Made by a program: the position numbers and the translations under genes
The notes under the pieces: generated by a model
What the model was told of the DNA's origin: nothing
The model's input: only the letters and a program-made list of their open reading frames with translations
Database searches by the model: none
Assembly (NCBI RefSeq): GCF_963676685.1
Contig: NC_092356.1
Location: forward strand, 20,894,001-20,958,000
DNA length: 64,000 nt
Origin: Mytilus edulis
Taxonomy: Eukaryota
Direction of reading: 5' to 3'
Shown here: positions 1 to 14,215 of the stretch, piece by piece
How the letters are laid out: each line of letters opens with the position of its first letter
How positions within the stretch are numbered: the first letter of the stretch is position 1

Positions 1-243
1 GTGCAGCAAGGAATACATTTCATTTCCAACGAAGAAACAAAATGTACATCATCAAATGTTAGAATGTTATAGCATATATAACTACTAATACTTAAAATGT
101 TTGTGTCAGTAGGACATGACAATTCATTGCGGAAAGACACATTTAACCGCTTCTTAGATTTATTTTGTAAATGTACAAATAGTTTATCCAAGCTACAAAA
201 AAAATATATTGGAATAACTTAATGAATAATAATTCATACTTAC

Positions 244-1931
244 TGTATTCACATATACTGCCGTAACGGTATGATGGAAGGTTGCAGGCGTAGTCATGCC
301 ATTTATATCCATCATCTTTGCGAATCACGGCGCAATCTTCAAATTGTCCACCTGAGAATAGAAAACCTCTGTTTACTGGTCCCTGTCCTCTCTCCCAGTT
401 ACTCCAGGTCATTTTTTGTCCTATAAAAATTTGTTTGGAGAATAATCCTTTAATGGATAGAAAACAAAATACTAGTACAGTCATTCACACAGATTTTTAT
501 AAGGTTTAAAATATAGTGAGACATAAGGATTTTTAGATAATGAAGAACATTGTAAATGTTACTATTTCATTTGCTTTAATACGAATAAACAATAGTTATG
601 TAGCTTTTCTAATATCTGCATCTAATTTTATAGAAGTATTAATCTGAAACCATACATTTTTTAGGTTTATAATGGATGCATATGCAAGTGTATTGACAAG
701 ACAATAATTACTTGTTGAATATAGCATATGTGTATTCTAAAGGACTGGCTACGAAACACAAATTCCGGTAAGAAAGTTTTTATTTAAACTTTTTTATAAA
801 TTATAACACTTGTTGTTTTATAACAGCCAAAAGCATGAGTTCTGTTATAATAAATTGTTTTTTTGTCAATTCGTAAATCTTTATAATTACAAATAATGAG
901 ATGATAAAATTCTTCTTTAGCGTTTTATTTTAAAACACATATTTGTAAATCAGATTGTCTAATGAATTCAATTGACATGACTTTATTTGAATGCACTGTA
1001 CATATAAGTGATCGAGCTTACCATTTACCCACTTCCAGTGTCCTTCCTTTTCTCTATCAGTGCCACCAATCCAGATGCTATTCTTAATCCAGCCTGATGT
1101 TTTTAAGGCATTCATGATAAATTGTTGTTTTGACATGTCTTGTATCACCACCAAGTCTCCGTGATGTTGTGTACAATATTGTCGTGCATCATTCCAGGAG
1201 TGTTCCTCACGTATCAGCTGAATACATGTATCATTGAGGGCATACAAGAATGTATCTCTTGGAATGCTCTGAGGGCACCGCTGAACATTTCCTATTGGGT
1301 AATGAATTTAAACAATGAAAAATATAAAAGTATTTTTAGTACACGATCGTCTTGCGTCATACCACGAGTGTTCGTCACGTATCAGCTGAATACATGTATC
1401 ATGGTATGCAAACAAGTAGTTATCTCTTGGAATGTTATGAGGGCATCGCAGAACATTTTCTTTTTGGAAGTTAAGAATTAAGCAAAATTATATTATATTT
1501 AAGAAAATTTATACGAGTATATGGAACGATATTAAAAAATTCACAAGTATTTTTACCTTCCTAGTCCAAATACTTATCATGATAATGACGGTCTTCAAAT
1601 GCTATTTTAAGTCGAAAGTTGTTCCAGAAATAAATGTCGCCCCAATTGAAAAGATGTTCTCTCGTTAATGTTAATGATTAGAATAGATTGATTAGAACGT
1701 ATGATAAAAAACTATTACAATTAAAATTGACTCTAAAAGTAAAACTGTAATTCGTGACCTGCCAGTACCTTAATATTTTTTGTGTACTAACTTGTAGATA
1801 GATTCGATGCAAGCTATAGATGATCTAGTAATAGTAATCTACCTACCATGCTCAAAAACCCCATCAAAAAACCATGGTTCACAAGGTTGCAAAAATAACA
1901 GCAGTATGATGAAAGTATATAATTTATCCAT
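244..1931 (-). CDS. C-type lectin gene A (5' part; continues beyond left edge)
   Basis: Exons 1931-1847 (MDKLYTFIILLLFLQPCEPWFFDGVFEH, signal peptide), 1291-1022 (GNVQRCPQ...CIQL...WNDARQYC...WIGGTD...WKWVN), 420-244 (GQKMTW...EDCAVI...WHDYAC...ICEY). All introns GT-AG, phase 1; exon sizes identical to gene B. Confidence 0.9.
1335..1459 (-). pseudogene. Relic 5' half of a diverged CTLD exon 2 inside gene A intron 1
   Basis: AG at 1461-1460 then ENVLRCPHNIPRDNYLFAYHDTCIQLIRDEHSWYDARRSCTK, homologous to exon 2, breaking off at ~1335 directly upstream of the functional exon 2. Confidence 0.85.
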
Positions 1932-4186
1932 GTTTATCAACAATAGAATTTATTTGGAAGTTTCGGTAAGTTATGTAGACAATCCGTATGCTATCAGCTA
2001 GACAAATATTACACGTAGATAGTCTAACACAGTACGATGACATATATATATATATATATATAGTTACATCTATCAACCAAAATAAAGTCATTACAACATT
2101 ATATTTACAATGAAAAGGGATCATTTGTTGGTTAACAAGCCCTTTAATATCATTTTTTTATTATCATGCCTGCTCTTATCACTATAAGGGTCTACGTAAC
2201 TTGAGTTTGGTTATTAGCTATGTCATTTACAGCGAAACGAGTTTATTAAACAATCTTTAACAAGAACACCCGAAGCTAGCACCATGAGATTTGAAATAAG
2301 GAAAATATTTTTTTATTCAGAATGAAGACAATTTTTAACAAATATGTTGTTCGGTGTGCCTTTCTGAATATGTTTTTGACATCGTTCTCTCGTATCTTCC
2401 ATTCACTCTGATGTTTAATTGAATGATTTTGGGGAATTTGATTTAATTCGTGCTTTCTCGAGAGATTAGCCTGCATGACAAATACAGTTTGTAGTCATAT
2501 TAAGAATCAGAAACGATGTAATATCTTCATCATTACCGTCAAGTATCTCACTGAAGGAAAACAAACCAGGCAATTGTAACAATGCTGAAAGAATCATTTC
2601 TGTTTCTCTTGTTTATGTCTTCTTCATCGTTCACAAAGGTTTCCGACTGGGTGTATCCCTTTTGCAGTGTATAATGGACATTGCTTGTGTCTTAATGCGT
2701 CTCTCCAGAATTGATCAAAAAAGTTATTTGCAATCCTGTGAAGCAGTGGGATAGGGAGACGCATGCGTTACACATTATTTTCATCTGACTTGCCTTAGTG
2801 ACGGGTGTGATTGCTAGGTATTGATCCATTGATGATTGTTTTCTCTTTTTAACAGTATACAACTGATTCCGTGAGGAATTTTCATTTTATTTTTGGTGTC
2901 CCTTTGATTATAGATTTGTAGAAAAAATCTCCTCTCGTGTGAAATTGAAAATGTATTTTTAATTTACTTTAATCTAAGGAGACAAAAAATACGTCCCAGC
3001 TTACATTTTTTTTTCAGTTTATATCAATCGTTTTAGTCTAGATGACTGAATAATTTATAAAACTTTATATCTCACATATATAAAAAGAAGTATACAGTAT
3101 TCATGTAGTGTAATGTTTGAATATAGTAGCAAACGAGCACAGTTTAGAATTAAATACTGGGTTACATAAAACTAGATCCTAAAAACAGCATCCATTTTCC
3201 AACAGAACTTTACAAACCGAGTTGTTAACACGTGTATCCCTCCTTAATAACGAGATGTTGTTTTTTACAAATTGTATGGACTTCTTCCTTTGAATTTGAT
3301 TAGAAGTTCCATATTTTGCTTGATACATTTATTTTTTGGTAAATGCAGTTTTCAGTTGTTACTTCCTGTATCTTTTGACATTGTTTAAGTAATTTTAGAC
3401 TTCAAAGTTGATAAATGGTATGTTTGATAATTTGAATTGGCAAAATGTTACCATAAAATACGTGACTACTGAATTTCTTTTTAAGAAAATCCTTTGGGTT
3501 CTCTAAATCTTCCAAAATGACAGGTTATTTGTTTTTAAAAAAATGTAACCCATTGGTGGCCTTTGGCTGTTGTCTGCTCTATGGTCGGGTTGTTGTCGAT
3601 TTGACACATTCCCCATTTCCTATCTCAATTTTATTTATAGTTATTGAATTTGTGTCTTTGCTTATACTATCTGACGTTAGTAATTCAACATCCACATAGC
3701 ACAAGTGCGACTGCAAAATTGTAATGAACGATCGAGTAAACAGACGTTGAAACAAAATATTATCAATCGATTCTAGCAAAAAACATATTTCCGGCAGTCT
3801 GTTTGTGCCAATTACTCTATTGCGATGTGTTGACTCTTAAGAAAGGAGTTATCAAATTTCCCAAAATATATAGTGTCAATTAAACAATCATATTAGTAAA
3901 AAAAAAAAGGCATACATGAACATAAAACATTTGTGTAAAAATATTATTTAAAGTCGTTTTTAATATATACAACAACAGCTACTGCGCTTTTACGTCATTA
4001 TTTACATACTTAAAACATATAACATAATACACAAACATATGTAAGACAAAGAAACAATAATTAATACATAAGAACGTAAAATATAAAACGAAACAAGCAT
4101 CTAAACATTAAATAACTTAGCACTCATATAAATTCAACTATTCATTTGTTTTTGCAGATCTAATTTTCATTGTTAAATTCAGATGA

Positions 4187-7100
4187 TTAAGACATGGATT
4201 CTCCATTCGCAAAATACTTCGTCGGTTCATACATATCATTTATCTGAATATCAGCACCTACGGGTGGTACTGATGCATCATCATACATGACACTATACAT
4301 AGGATTTTCTGCACCGTGTACTGTTCTGTTTGCATCATTTGAGGATAGCCTTCTCCTGTAATAGCAAATATTTATTCTATTTCAGAAATAGAAACAATTG
4401 TAACAAAAATACAGCACATATAGTTTTAATTTGACTTTTTTACGTAATGTTGTCATTTAAGCGGTATATTTAACATTGCCATAAAGCGCGGAAAATTGAC
4501 TATCCATACAACCAGGTTCAACCCAACATTTGTTCTTATAATGTCCTGCACCAAGTCATAAATGACTTTTATGGCAGTCGTTATCTAGTAGTTCGTTTCT
4601 ATGTCTGTTGCATTGTCGTTTGTTTTTTGTACCACTTCAGTGTTCTGTTGTTTCGTTTTCCTCTTATAGTTGAGGTGTTTCCCTCAGTTTTAGTTTGTAA
4701 CCCGGATTTGTTTTTTTCCTCAATCGATTTATGACTTTTGAACATCGGTATACTACTGTTGCCTTTATTTATGTCAGTACTTTTGTACTGCGTAAACATT
4801 AATTTTGCGTTTTCCATATCAAGAACATTTTAAATTTAACTCAAATCAAATTTATAAAGTAGAAGCTCATGTATTGACATTCAATCAGTAATTGGTTAAA
4901 AAACATTTACAACCTAATTTTACATGCTTTTATTATATAACATCAGTTGTAATGCCCCTGAAATATCAAGTTATATATAAGACATAATGAACTTAGTCCG
5001 GCTGAAGTAGTCTAAGAGTTAGAACAATAAACCATGAACCCTTAATCATCAATACATGATATTAACGACGATAAAACAAGACCAATTTCTTGAAAATAAC
5101 AAAAACAAATAATAGAAATAGATACCTCCTGATGACAAACACTGCCACAATGATACCTGCTACGACAACTGCCGCACAAACTCCTCCGATGATGTAACCT
5201 TAAAATACATCATTAATTATGTTATGCAATGTGAATTTATCCTAATGATTATCCTATAATTTTATCACGACTTACCATAAAAAAACATAATTCATTATTT
5301 TGTATTTCTCATGTACTCGACTTAATTAAAGTGCGCTCCAGAGTAACTGTTTTCCGGTAATAAGTTCTCGGGTACAGTATAAAAGGTAGGAATAAAAAGT
5401 TGTTATTCATAAATTTTGAACGTGTAAAGCGGCGGTTTGAAACGGAGTTTTTTCCTGCAGTGCACTTGTGCAGTACATTTTGTCGTATGTGTCCTTTAAT
5501 TGGTGAATGCACATAACCAGCTTCACATTTGGATGTGTTTAAACTTAAGGAGTAATACTTAAAAAAAAATGGCCGTGAACTTTTAAAGGTTTCAATACAT
5601 TATGAAATCAAACAACGTACAGTAATTAAAAAAAAGATTTTGATACAAGATTTTTCAGAACTAGTTGGTGGTATTGAAGGAAATGATACATCTATCCAAT
5701 TATGACAATAGCACTTTCAATTATTTGTTAGTCTGTATTTAGATGTAGGGATCAGGTGGTTTGTTGTACTTCAAAGAATATAAAGTATCTTTTTGTAACT
5801 TTATTGGGGTTTAAAAGTGTTGACCGTAGCACATTTTGTATTTTGTAAGTGCGGTGGAGCTTCTTTCTAGAAATTTTCGTGTGTGATTTAAAATATAAAC
5901 AAGTTACCTGTACTTGACTTGTTTGTTGGTTTATTTCCATTGTCACCTGTAATATTATTGAAAACAGATGAATAACAATCACTTCGCAAATAGTTTTTAA
6001 CCGTCGAATACTTTTGTCAGTTTTAAAATGTACAAATGCAGAAGTCTTTGTGAGTGTTTTTGTTTCTATCTTTCTATCTTTCAAGAACATAATCAATACA
6101 CCAAAAAAAAATAAAAACTAACCGACTAAATAGGAGTAATTTGTTTTTACCATACACGTAAATGTGCACAATTCACGTCAAAATAGTGAGAGAAACAAAA
6201 TCCTATTGAGTAATATTTGGATATTTTGTTTTTTCTATGTTTATAATGGTTCTTACTGCGTCTTAAGAGGCCGCCTTGATTATTGACTAGCTGTGTAGGT
6301 AGTGGATTTTCTGGGCTAGTCGTCGTTTCCTTTATTTCTTGAGTAGTTGTGGGAGCAGCTTTCGTCACTTTCATTGTTGGAATAGGTGTCGAAAACAAAG
6401 TTGACTTAGCTTTCGTTGTTCGCAATATTTGCGTTTTTAATGGCGTTCGTGAGGTCGTTACCAAGTTAATGGTTTGAGCAGGTGGTTTTGTTGACTTAGT
6501 AGTTGGTATTGTTGTCGTCGATATTTGAGTAGTTGGTACAGGTGTTGTTGATTTCTGAGTAGTTGCCAATGTTGTTGCCAATGGTTGAGTAGTTGGCAAT
6601 TTTGATGTCGGTATTTGAGTACTTAGTACAGGTTTTGTCGATGAACGAGTAGTTGGTGCAGGTTTTGTCGTTGTCTGAGTAGTTGGTTCAGGTGTTGTCG
6701 ATGACTGAGTCGTTGGTGCAGGTGTTGTCGTTGACTTAGTAGTTGGTGCAGGTGTTGTCGATGACTGAGTCGTTGGTGCAGGTGTTGTTGATGACTGAGT
6801 AGTTGGTGCAGGTGTGGTCGATGTCTGAGTCGTTGGTGCAGGTGTTGTCGTTGACTGAGTAGTTGGTGCAGGTGTGGTCGATGTCTGAGTCGTTGGTGCA
6901 GGTGTTGTCGTTGACTGAGTCGTTGGTGCAGGTGTTGTCGATGACTGAGTAGTTGGTGCAGGTGTTGTCGTTGACTGAGTCATTGGTGCAGGTGTTGTCG
7001 ATGACTGAGTAGTTGGTGCAGGTGTTGTCGTTGACTGACTCATTGGTGAGGGTGTTGTTGATGACTGAGTCGTTGGTGCAGGTGTGGTCGATGTTTGAGT

Positions 7101-10044
7101 AGTTGGTCTATGAGTTGTGGTTGGTATAAAATCTGTTAAATAAATAAAAATAACTTCAATTGATATAAAAGTTGTAGCACAAATAGTTTTGTGTAAACAA
7201 AATTCGTTGTCTCTGTAAATACTCAAATAATTATCCTCAAATGTGAATATATGCTTCATGTGTTTCATTAAAAAATACATAACTGCTACTGCCCACAAAC
7301 AAAAGCTATGATTAGTATGATGTAAGTTTACGTAACGAAGATGCAACTGTATAAAGAAATATTTGGCAAATTATGTGTTTTATTTAAGATTCTCTTTTAC
7401 AAATAAAATCCTTGTTGCACTCTGTGTAGGAGTAAGCAAATATTTTAGAATATATCAAATTTTCAAGGAAGAATCAAACAACTGATCTGCATTGTAGTAT
7501 ATCACAAATTACTACCATTTCTTAAAAAGGATTACGTTATTTTGAGTAAGAAGGGAACAACATCAGTCAATAACAGGCTAAGATCTATTATGTGAATAGT
7601 GTTAAGACTACAGTAACAAATATTATGCTTAAGGTGGTATGGATGTCTTTCACCGTCTTGGATTGTAAAAGACAGAGAATCTAAGGTCTAGAATTTCAAT
7701 CAATTTAGCAAAATTTGATGCAGAAATGCAGATAATTAATGTGAGTTTGCATTTTAAAGAACAAATTTATAAGATTATAACTTATAAATATTAATATTTG
7801 TACAAGTGTTGATTAGTTCTGCTTGAACTTTAAAATTTTTAAATTGGCATTTTAAGGGGAGGTAACTCTGAAAAAGTGCATTTTCTGAAGGAATCTACAT
7901 GGCTATTTCGTATTTTAGCTAAACAAAAAAGCACGGTGACCCTATCTTTTTTTTATGATATTCTCAAAGCATTTTAAAAAAGCTATCTTCTCGTATTTTA
8001 TTTTACAATTTTATCATTTAGTTTAGCTTCTAATCAAATAATGGTGATATTTCATGTATAATCCATCCAAATGTGTCATTTTATCACGACCTATAGCTTG
8101 AGAAAATGCACGGTGACCTATCAATTTTATGATATTTTTTAACATCTATCAATAGATACTACGTTTTGGCAAAGTATGAACTAATTCTGTCATTTTTAAT
8201 TTAGACTCCCATACCATACCACCTTAAGTAAAAGATTATACTTACTGTATTCGCATATACTGCCGAAATGGTATGATGGAAGGTTGCAAGCGTAGTCATG
8301 CCATTTATATCCATCATCTCTGCGAATCACAGTGCAATCTTCCCACCGTCCACTAGAGAAAAGAAACCCACTGTTTCCTGGTCCTTGTCCTTTTTCCCAG
8401 TTGCCCCATGTCATTTTTTGTCCTATAGTTTTAAACACACATTTTTAATAAACCACCAACAGATATAGGCGTTTTCACTGATTTTCAAAAAATTTTACAT
8501 AAATTTATTCAAATTTCATACGAGACATTAATTTTACTATTTTATTTTCTTTAATTGTAGTAAACAAACATATGTATATTTTGAATCCTAGAATTGTATG
8601 GATTAAAAATATCTTTAAACTTTTTAGCAGTATTATGTTTGCGCTGTAACTTTTTTTTGCAAGACTTAAAAAAAGAAAAGGTGTGTATCAGCAATCATTA
8701 TGTCTTAAACACGTTCGAAAAAAGTGCCACTGGCTTTTTTTTGAAAGATGTATGCCCCTTTTGTAAGCACCTATGTACATTTTGTAAAACTATCATAAAA
8801 TATATATACATTTTGTAAAAGGTTACCCGTATGTTAGCAATGTCTTGGTGATTTCTAAAATCAGCGCTCAACTATTATTTTTACAGGCGTTATGTCACTT
8901 TGAAAGATAAATTAGATTGAACTTTGCACTATAAGCAGCCTCACACCTATATTTCTTGTCATAGTTTTATGAAGTGTATGCCGAAGTCTTTCAAAAAGGT
9001 TTACAAAACTGTGATACAAGTTGAATTATATTGAAAATTGCCTTATCAACGATCTCATGCATTAAATTATAATATCTTGTGATTGTGTCTTTCGCTGAAG
9101 TTAATTGGATCTGGGTTTTTTGTTATGCTTTTTTTAACATTTACTCGATAATTGTTAATTATAGATATGTAAAATAACGAATATGGAAAAAAATCTTCTT
9201 CGGAGTTTTCTTTTATTACACGATTTTACCATATGGATATTTTACATTGATTTATTTGGTATCCAACATACCATTAACCCACTTCCAGTGTCCTTCCCTT
9301 TCTCTATCAGTGCCACCAATCCAGATGCCGTTTTTAACCCAGCCAGATGTTTTTAAGGCATTCATGATATATTGTTGCTTTGCCATGTCTTGTATCACCA
9401 CCAAGTCTCCGTGATGTTTTGTACAATAGCGTCTTGCATCATTCCAGGAGTGTTCCTCACGTATCAGCTGAATACATGTATCATTGAGGGCATACAAGAA
9501 GTTATCTCTTGGAATGCTCTGAGGGCACCGCTGAACATTTCCTATTGGGTAATGAATTTAAACAATGAAAAATATCAAAGTATTGTTGTACATGTATCTG
9601 CATTGTAATAAAATGTGTACAGATTATCTATTTTAATTCAATTGATCATATTCTGTTTTTCTCTCTCAGCCAAATGTTTTTTTCATATTTAAGAATTTTT
9701 ATTTGATGCAAATACAAAATGTTAATGAAGTACATACTAAGTAATTGATTGTTTATGACAGGAATGACCATTCTCAGCTTAAATCTTAAAATATCAGGTC
9801 ACATTTCACACAAAAACATGTACTCATATGAGAAAAATCATGGTTTTTTAAAATATGAGACATCAGTGCATGTATTTCATTAGCAGTGCACAAAAACCTT
9901 TGCAAGTCAACTGCTCGTACCTCACACCGTAGACCACAGATTACTTATAATTTACTTACCATGATCTAAAACCCCGTCAAAAAACCATGGTTCACAATAG
10001 GACAAAAGTGTCACAAATATAATAAAAGTAAGTAATCTATCCAT
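4187..10044 (-). CDS. C-type lectin gene B: type I membrane CTLD-mucin receptor (~562 aa)
   Basis: Exons 10044-9960 (signal MDRLLTFIIFVTLLSYCEP), 9541-9272 and 8422-8246 (CTLD), 7132-6257 (PTS mucin), 5946-5908 (39-nt linker), 5198-5126 (TM GYIIGGVCAAVVVAGIIVAVFVIRR), 4355-4187 (tail with NPMY, stop TAA). GT-AG throughout; total 1689 nt, in frame. Confidence 0.85.
6540..7110 (-). repeat. 30-bp coding tandem repeat (PAPTTQS[S/T]TT) forming mucin stalk of gene B
   Basis: 30-nt period visible, e.g. ggtgttgtcgttgactgagtagttggtgca; roughly 19 units, degenerate towards the 3' end of the gene. Confidence 0.95.
7633..8223. mobile_element. Non-autonomous DNA transposon/MITE, TTAA TSD (Kolobok-like)
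   Basis: TTAA|GGTGGTATGG ... CCATACCACC|TTAA; inserted about 20 nt from the gene B exon 3 donor. Confidence 0.75.
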
Positions 10045-10708
10045 GTTTGACAACAAATTAAATGATGATGCAGTTTAAGGTAGCTTAAAGTTATATGTTT
10101 ACAATCATTATGATATCAGCTTGTCCAAACTAACATGTAGACAGTCCAGCATCGTACGATGAGAGATAATTATATATTTATATCAATAATCAAAATAAAA
10201 GTCATTATTTACATTAAATTGATAATGGAAAGGGATGATTTGTTGACTGACAAGCCTTACCTTGATTTTATTATTGTGAGAATTATATGTATACCGTTTG
10301 TTATCAAAATTAAAAGAAATATATATCATTCGTCTTTTCGGGAGATTGTCAGGGATAAGAAATTCGTACAGAAACTACATCTCTCGTTATATTTAATCGG
10401 GGTTTTTTTTTTTTTGTTATCCGCGGAATGCATTTAAACTATTATATATACATGTACATGTACATGTACGTACAAACAATTTTATGTAATCTCGGTCGTT
10501 TTCTGGTGAGATTCTTGCACGAATAAAAGTTTTAGTTAGTAAACTCGAAACAAAATGCATTGGATTCAAAATTTGTAAAATATTAATGAGTTTAGCATTA
10601 GAATGAAAAGTGACGCATGCAAAATCCGCCAAAAATCTTCAAGTTCAAAATAAATCAAATGAGTTTCGCCTTTTGCCCTTGAAGAAATAAACAAAGTTGA
10701 CTAATTTC

Positions 10709-10816
10709 AACAATTAAACACATTTTAGAAAATCTCTTGTCCTTCTTTTTTTCAGCACTTTTTAACAATTAAACACATTTTAGAAAATCTCTTGTCCTTC
10801 CTTTGTTCAGCACTTT
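10709..10816. repeat. Tandem duplication ~55 bp x2
   Basis: aacaattaaacacattttagaaaatctcttgtccttc...cagcacttt repeated twice. Confidence 0.85.
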
Positions 10817-11241
10817 CCAAAATATATAACGCAGGTGTATTTCTCATACATATATTTTTTTTTCAAATGGGGTTAAAGATTTCAATTGTTTAAAGTCTAT
10901 TATATTTAATTACTATGCTTTTATACAGAGTTATAATTCAAATACTAAACTAAATCACAGGAGCTGAATTTTTACTACTTAATAAATAAGTTTTTAAAAT
11001 ATTTATAGATAATATAACCCACCTGAACTGGAAAGATTATCTTCATGTCGATCACGGTCAAAATGAAACCGATCTTTTTATTACTGCATGGATAAGATTA
11101 ATTAATACCTATACACCGCTGCTAACGGACTGCTACATGTAACACTTCAAAGTATCAGCAACTCAGTAATCAATACTTCTGTGCTGTTGTGATATGTGTC
11201 AAGAGATGAGACGCCCTTTTGTGTAATTGCGCGTCAGTTAA

Positions 11242-11857
11242 GGGCATACGATACAGATACAGAGGAAGTAATGAAGTTGCTAAACGTAAATTTTTATTTT
11301 CGCGACGTCAAACAGTGACTTACCGGAAAAAGATGCAGTTTTCGGCTGATTTTTATCATTCAAACTGATTTAACTTGAAAACGAGTTCATGGACCGCTCT
11401 TTTTTAAAATGACATTTGGTTTGATTACATGTACGTAAGAAGGTTATGTGTACCAGTTTTCATGAAAACGTAAATAGTGCATTTTTTTTTAATTTGATTA
11501 ATATACAGCAAAAGATGACGGTTTTTTCCTACATTCATGATCATTTGATAAATTTGAGTTATTTGTAAAAATAAATTTTATGCAATATTTATAAAACACA
11601 TAAATTACAAATAATTTAACAAAAAAGCAGATGTGTGTTTATCTTTTAAAACAAAAAAGTTATGTATTTCTATCGAAAGGGAAAATACGTCCACAAATTC
11701 GTATTTTCAGGAAATATCTGAAATTTGAACCTTAATTTACTCAAAAAGAAGCACATGAAGGTATATTTTTTATTACATAGTTAATTTAATCAGGTCAAAA
11801 ATAGCCTACATGCAAACTTTTATCAAATTTTAAATACGGGAACTGTATCGTATGCCC
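11242..11857. mobile_element. MITE with 15-bp perfect TIR and TTAA TSD (Kolobok-like)
   Basis: TTAA|GGGCATACGATACAG ... CTGTATCGTATGCCC|TTAA. Confidence 0.85.
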
Positions 11858-14075
11858 TTAATAGAATCGAGAATACAAATTTTAGTTTGTATTTCTGCTA
11901 TGGCCTTGAAATGCTTGAGTTTAAGCGTTCGTGATGCAGTTAAACCAAAACAGTCATTTCGGATGCACCAAATCTAGAAAATTTTATAAAAAATTAGAAA
12001 ATCTGGTTTGCATGCAAATACCACCAAATTTTAGATGAAGTGAATGTAAGCAATTATAGACATCCGTTCAACTTCAAAATTGTAAAAAAAAAACATACTG
12101 TATAGTCGGTTATAAAAAGCCCCAACATGAAACGATTCAATTGAGAAAACTAACGGCCATTTTTAAAACAAAACAATTTACGAAAAAATAAATATGGCAA
12201 ACATGAACCAACGACAACTACTGAACTACAGACTTGAGACAGGCACATACAAAATGTTGCGGTGTTAAACGTGTTTGAAGACATAATCCATCCCCTAACC
12301 TGGTACAGGCTGATATTCCCAAAAAAACATCACAAACAACAAAAATACGAAAACTACGCATTACATGCTTCTGACTCGGGATAGGAACATATAGAATGTG
12401 GTGGTGTGGAACATGTTTGAAAGCGCCAACACTCCCATAACCTTGGACAGTGATGTAACAATGCAACACGAGAACAGTCACATTATAAATAAAAATAAAA
12501 AAAAATTTAAAAACAAGTTGGTTTTTTTTTTGAGAGAATTTAAAAACATTATATAAAAGGAACGAAATGATACGAAAGAAGAAGTATACATGCAATGTAC
12601 AGTTGTCATTAAAATAGTCCATTAAAAATAAACTTATAACAGTTACTACTCTTTAATGTGAACACAATTTTAACCCCGCCACATTATTTATGTATGTGCC
12701 TGCCCCAAGCCAGGAGCCTGTAATTCAGTGGTTGTCGTTTGTTTATGTTACATATTTATTTTCGTTCGTGGATAGTTGGCAATCATACCACATCTTCTTT
12801 TTTATACAATTACACATTTTAGAATTATTATTTCTGTTTAAAAACAAATAGTGTATAAAAATGTATAATATACATGTAGTTGTTATCTTGTTTGTGTACA
12901 TACTTCGATTACTGATTTCACACTGATACATGTTTGTGTTTAAATGACCTTTCAAGGTCAAATTTTTTACATGTTTGGAAATAAAAAATGTTTCGAAATT
13001 AAGCAAAGAAATTCTATTGAAATTTTTTTGTTTTTGTTTTAAAAAATATCTTTTTATAAAAAAATTTAGAAGTTCACTCTAGATGAAGGAAACCCTTTTT
13101 TGTAATTCTCATCACTCCTTATTGATTGTTCACCAAGCGGGTGAGACATCTGCTGTTTCGAAATGGTATGCTGTTAGAAATACCACTTGCAATCATCGCT
13201 GATTTTGTGACAATTTGTAACTTGTTCAAGTGTTTGTATCTTACTCTGTGGGATATTACACCCTGACACATAAAACCGCGACCGTAATCGGTGACCTAAA
13301 GGTATAGTACAATCGCTGATAATGAACGGATTGTTTATTTACATTTCATATTCAAAATCATGCTGTACATGTATTCATGTCAGAAATGGCAGGAGATCAT
13401 TGGCTCAGGTTCATTCATATCGTTCATATCGTACCATATAAAATTTCCTTTCTTTTCTAATCAGATTGATTGATTAACATTTGTCATTCATCTAGTGGCA
13501 AACATTTCATGCATGTTTAGGACGCGAACAAATTCATAAAAAATACATTTGTACAGTACATACAATACGTAGATCTTGTAGTAAGGGCTAACCAATATGA
13601 TAGTACGGGAATTATGAAAGGTACTAGAAAAAAGACTTCACTACAAATTAGCCTTGCAACATGGCTGTGTATTTATACATTCTGAAACCAAACGGACACC
13701 AAACGGAAACCCTAGGTTGACATTACTTTGATTGATGTGTTCTTGCTTTTGATTTCACCATTTGCTTAGGGACTTTCTGTAGGGAATTTTTGGCGGAATT
13801 TTTTTTAATTTATTTATTTGACTTTTCTTTTTACTGTCTTTTGTAAAATGTTCAAAAGTACCTAATTCTATTCCCAAGTCTTGGCGTATTTCAAATTAAA
13901 TGACATTTTCAATGTTGTTTTGAAGACCAAGGACAGACAAACTTATAGCTGCAACCAACAAATATGTCATTAGACAACCTCATTATTGCCTGTGCTGTTA
14001 ATTACCTTACTTATCTATAAAAATCTAGTCGTTAACTTTGATTATGAAAGATATCAAAAGAAAATTGCGTCTTCT

Positions 14076-14215
14076 TGAAATGTCCCTTTGGACAGCATTC
14101 TTTTGTAATTTAAAACTAGTCTGAATTGTCCCTGTGGACAGCATTCTTTTGTGATTTAAAACTAGTCTTAAATGTCCCTGTGGACAGCATTCTTTTGTAA
14201 TTTAAAACTAGTCTG
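14076..14215. repeat. 46-bp tandem repeat x3
   Basis: tgtccct(t/g)tggacagcattcttttgt(a/g)atttaaaactagtct at 14081, 14127, 14173. Confidence 0.9.

Noticed and set aside
2280-2800. Slightly GC-richer stretch resembling decayed coding sequence
   Set aside because: Translations give no recognisable motif; would need a tblastx or repeat search.
6147-7346. 399-aa ORF as a stand-alone mucin gene
   Set aside because: Its ends are intronic; splice sites at 7132 and 6257 place it as exon 4 of gene B.
11920-11975. Possible hammerhead remnant (also ~27663-27710)
   Set aside because: CUGANGA and GAAA cores are mutated; cannot be folded as an active ribozyme.
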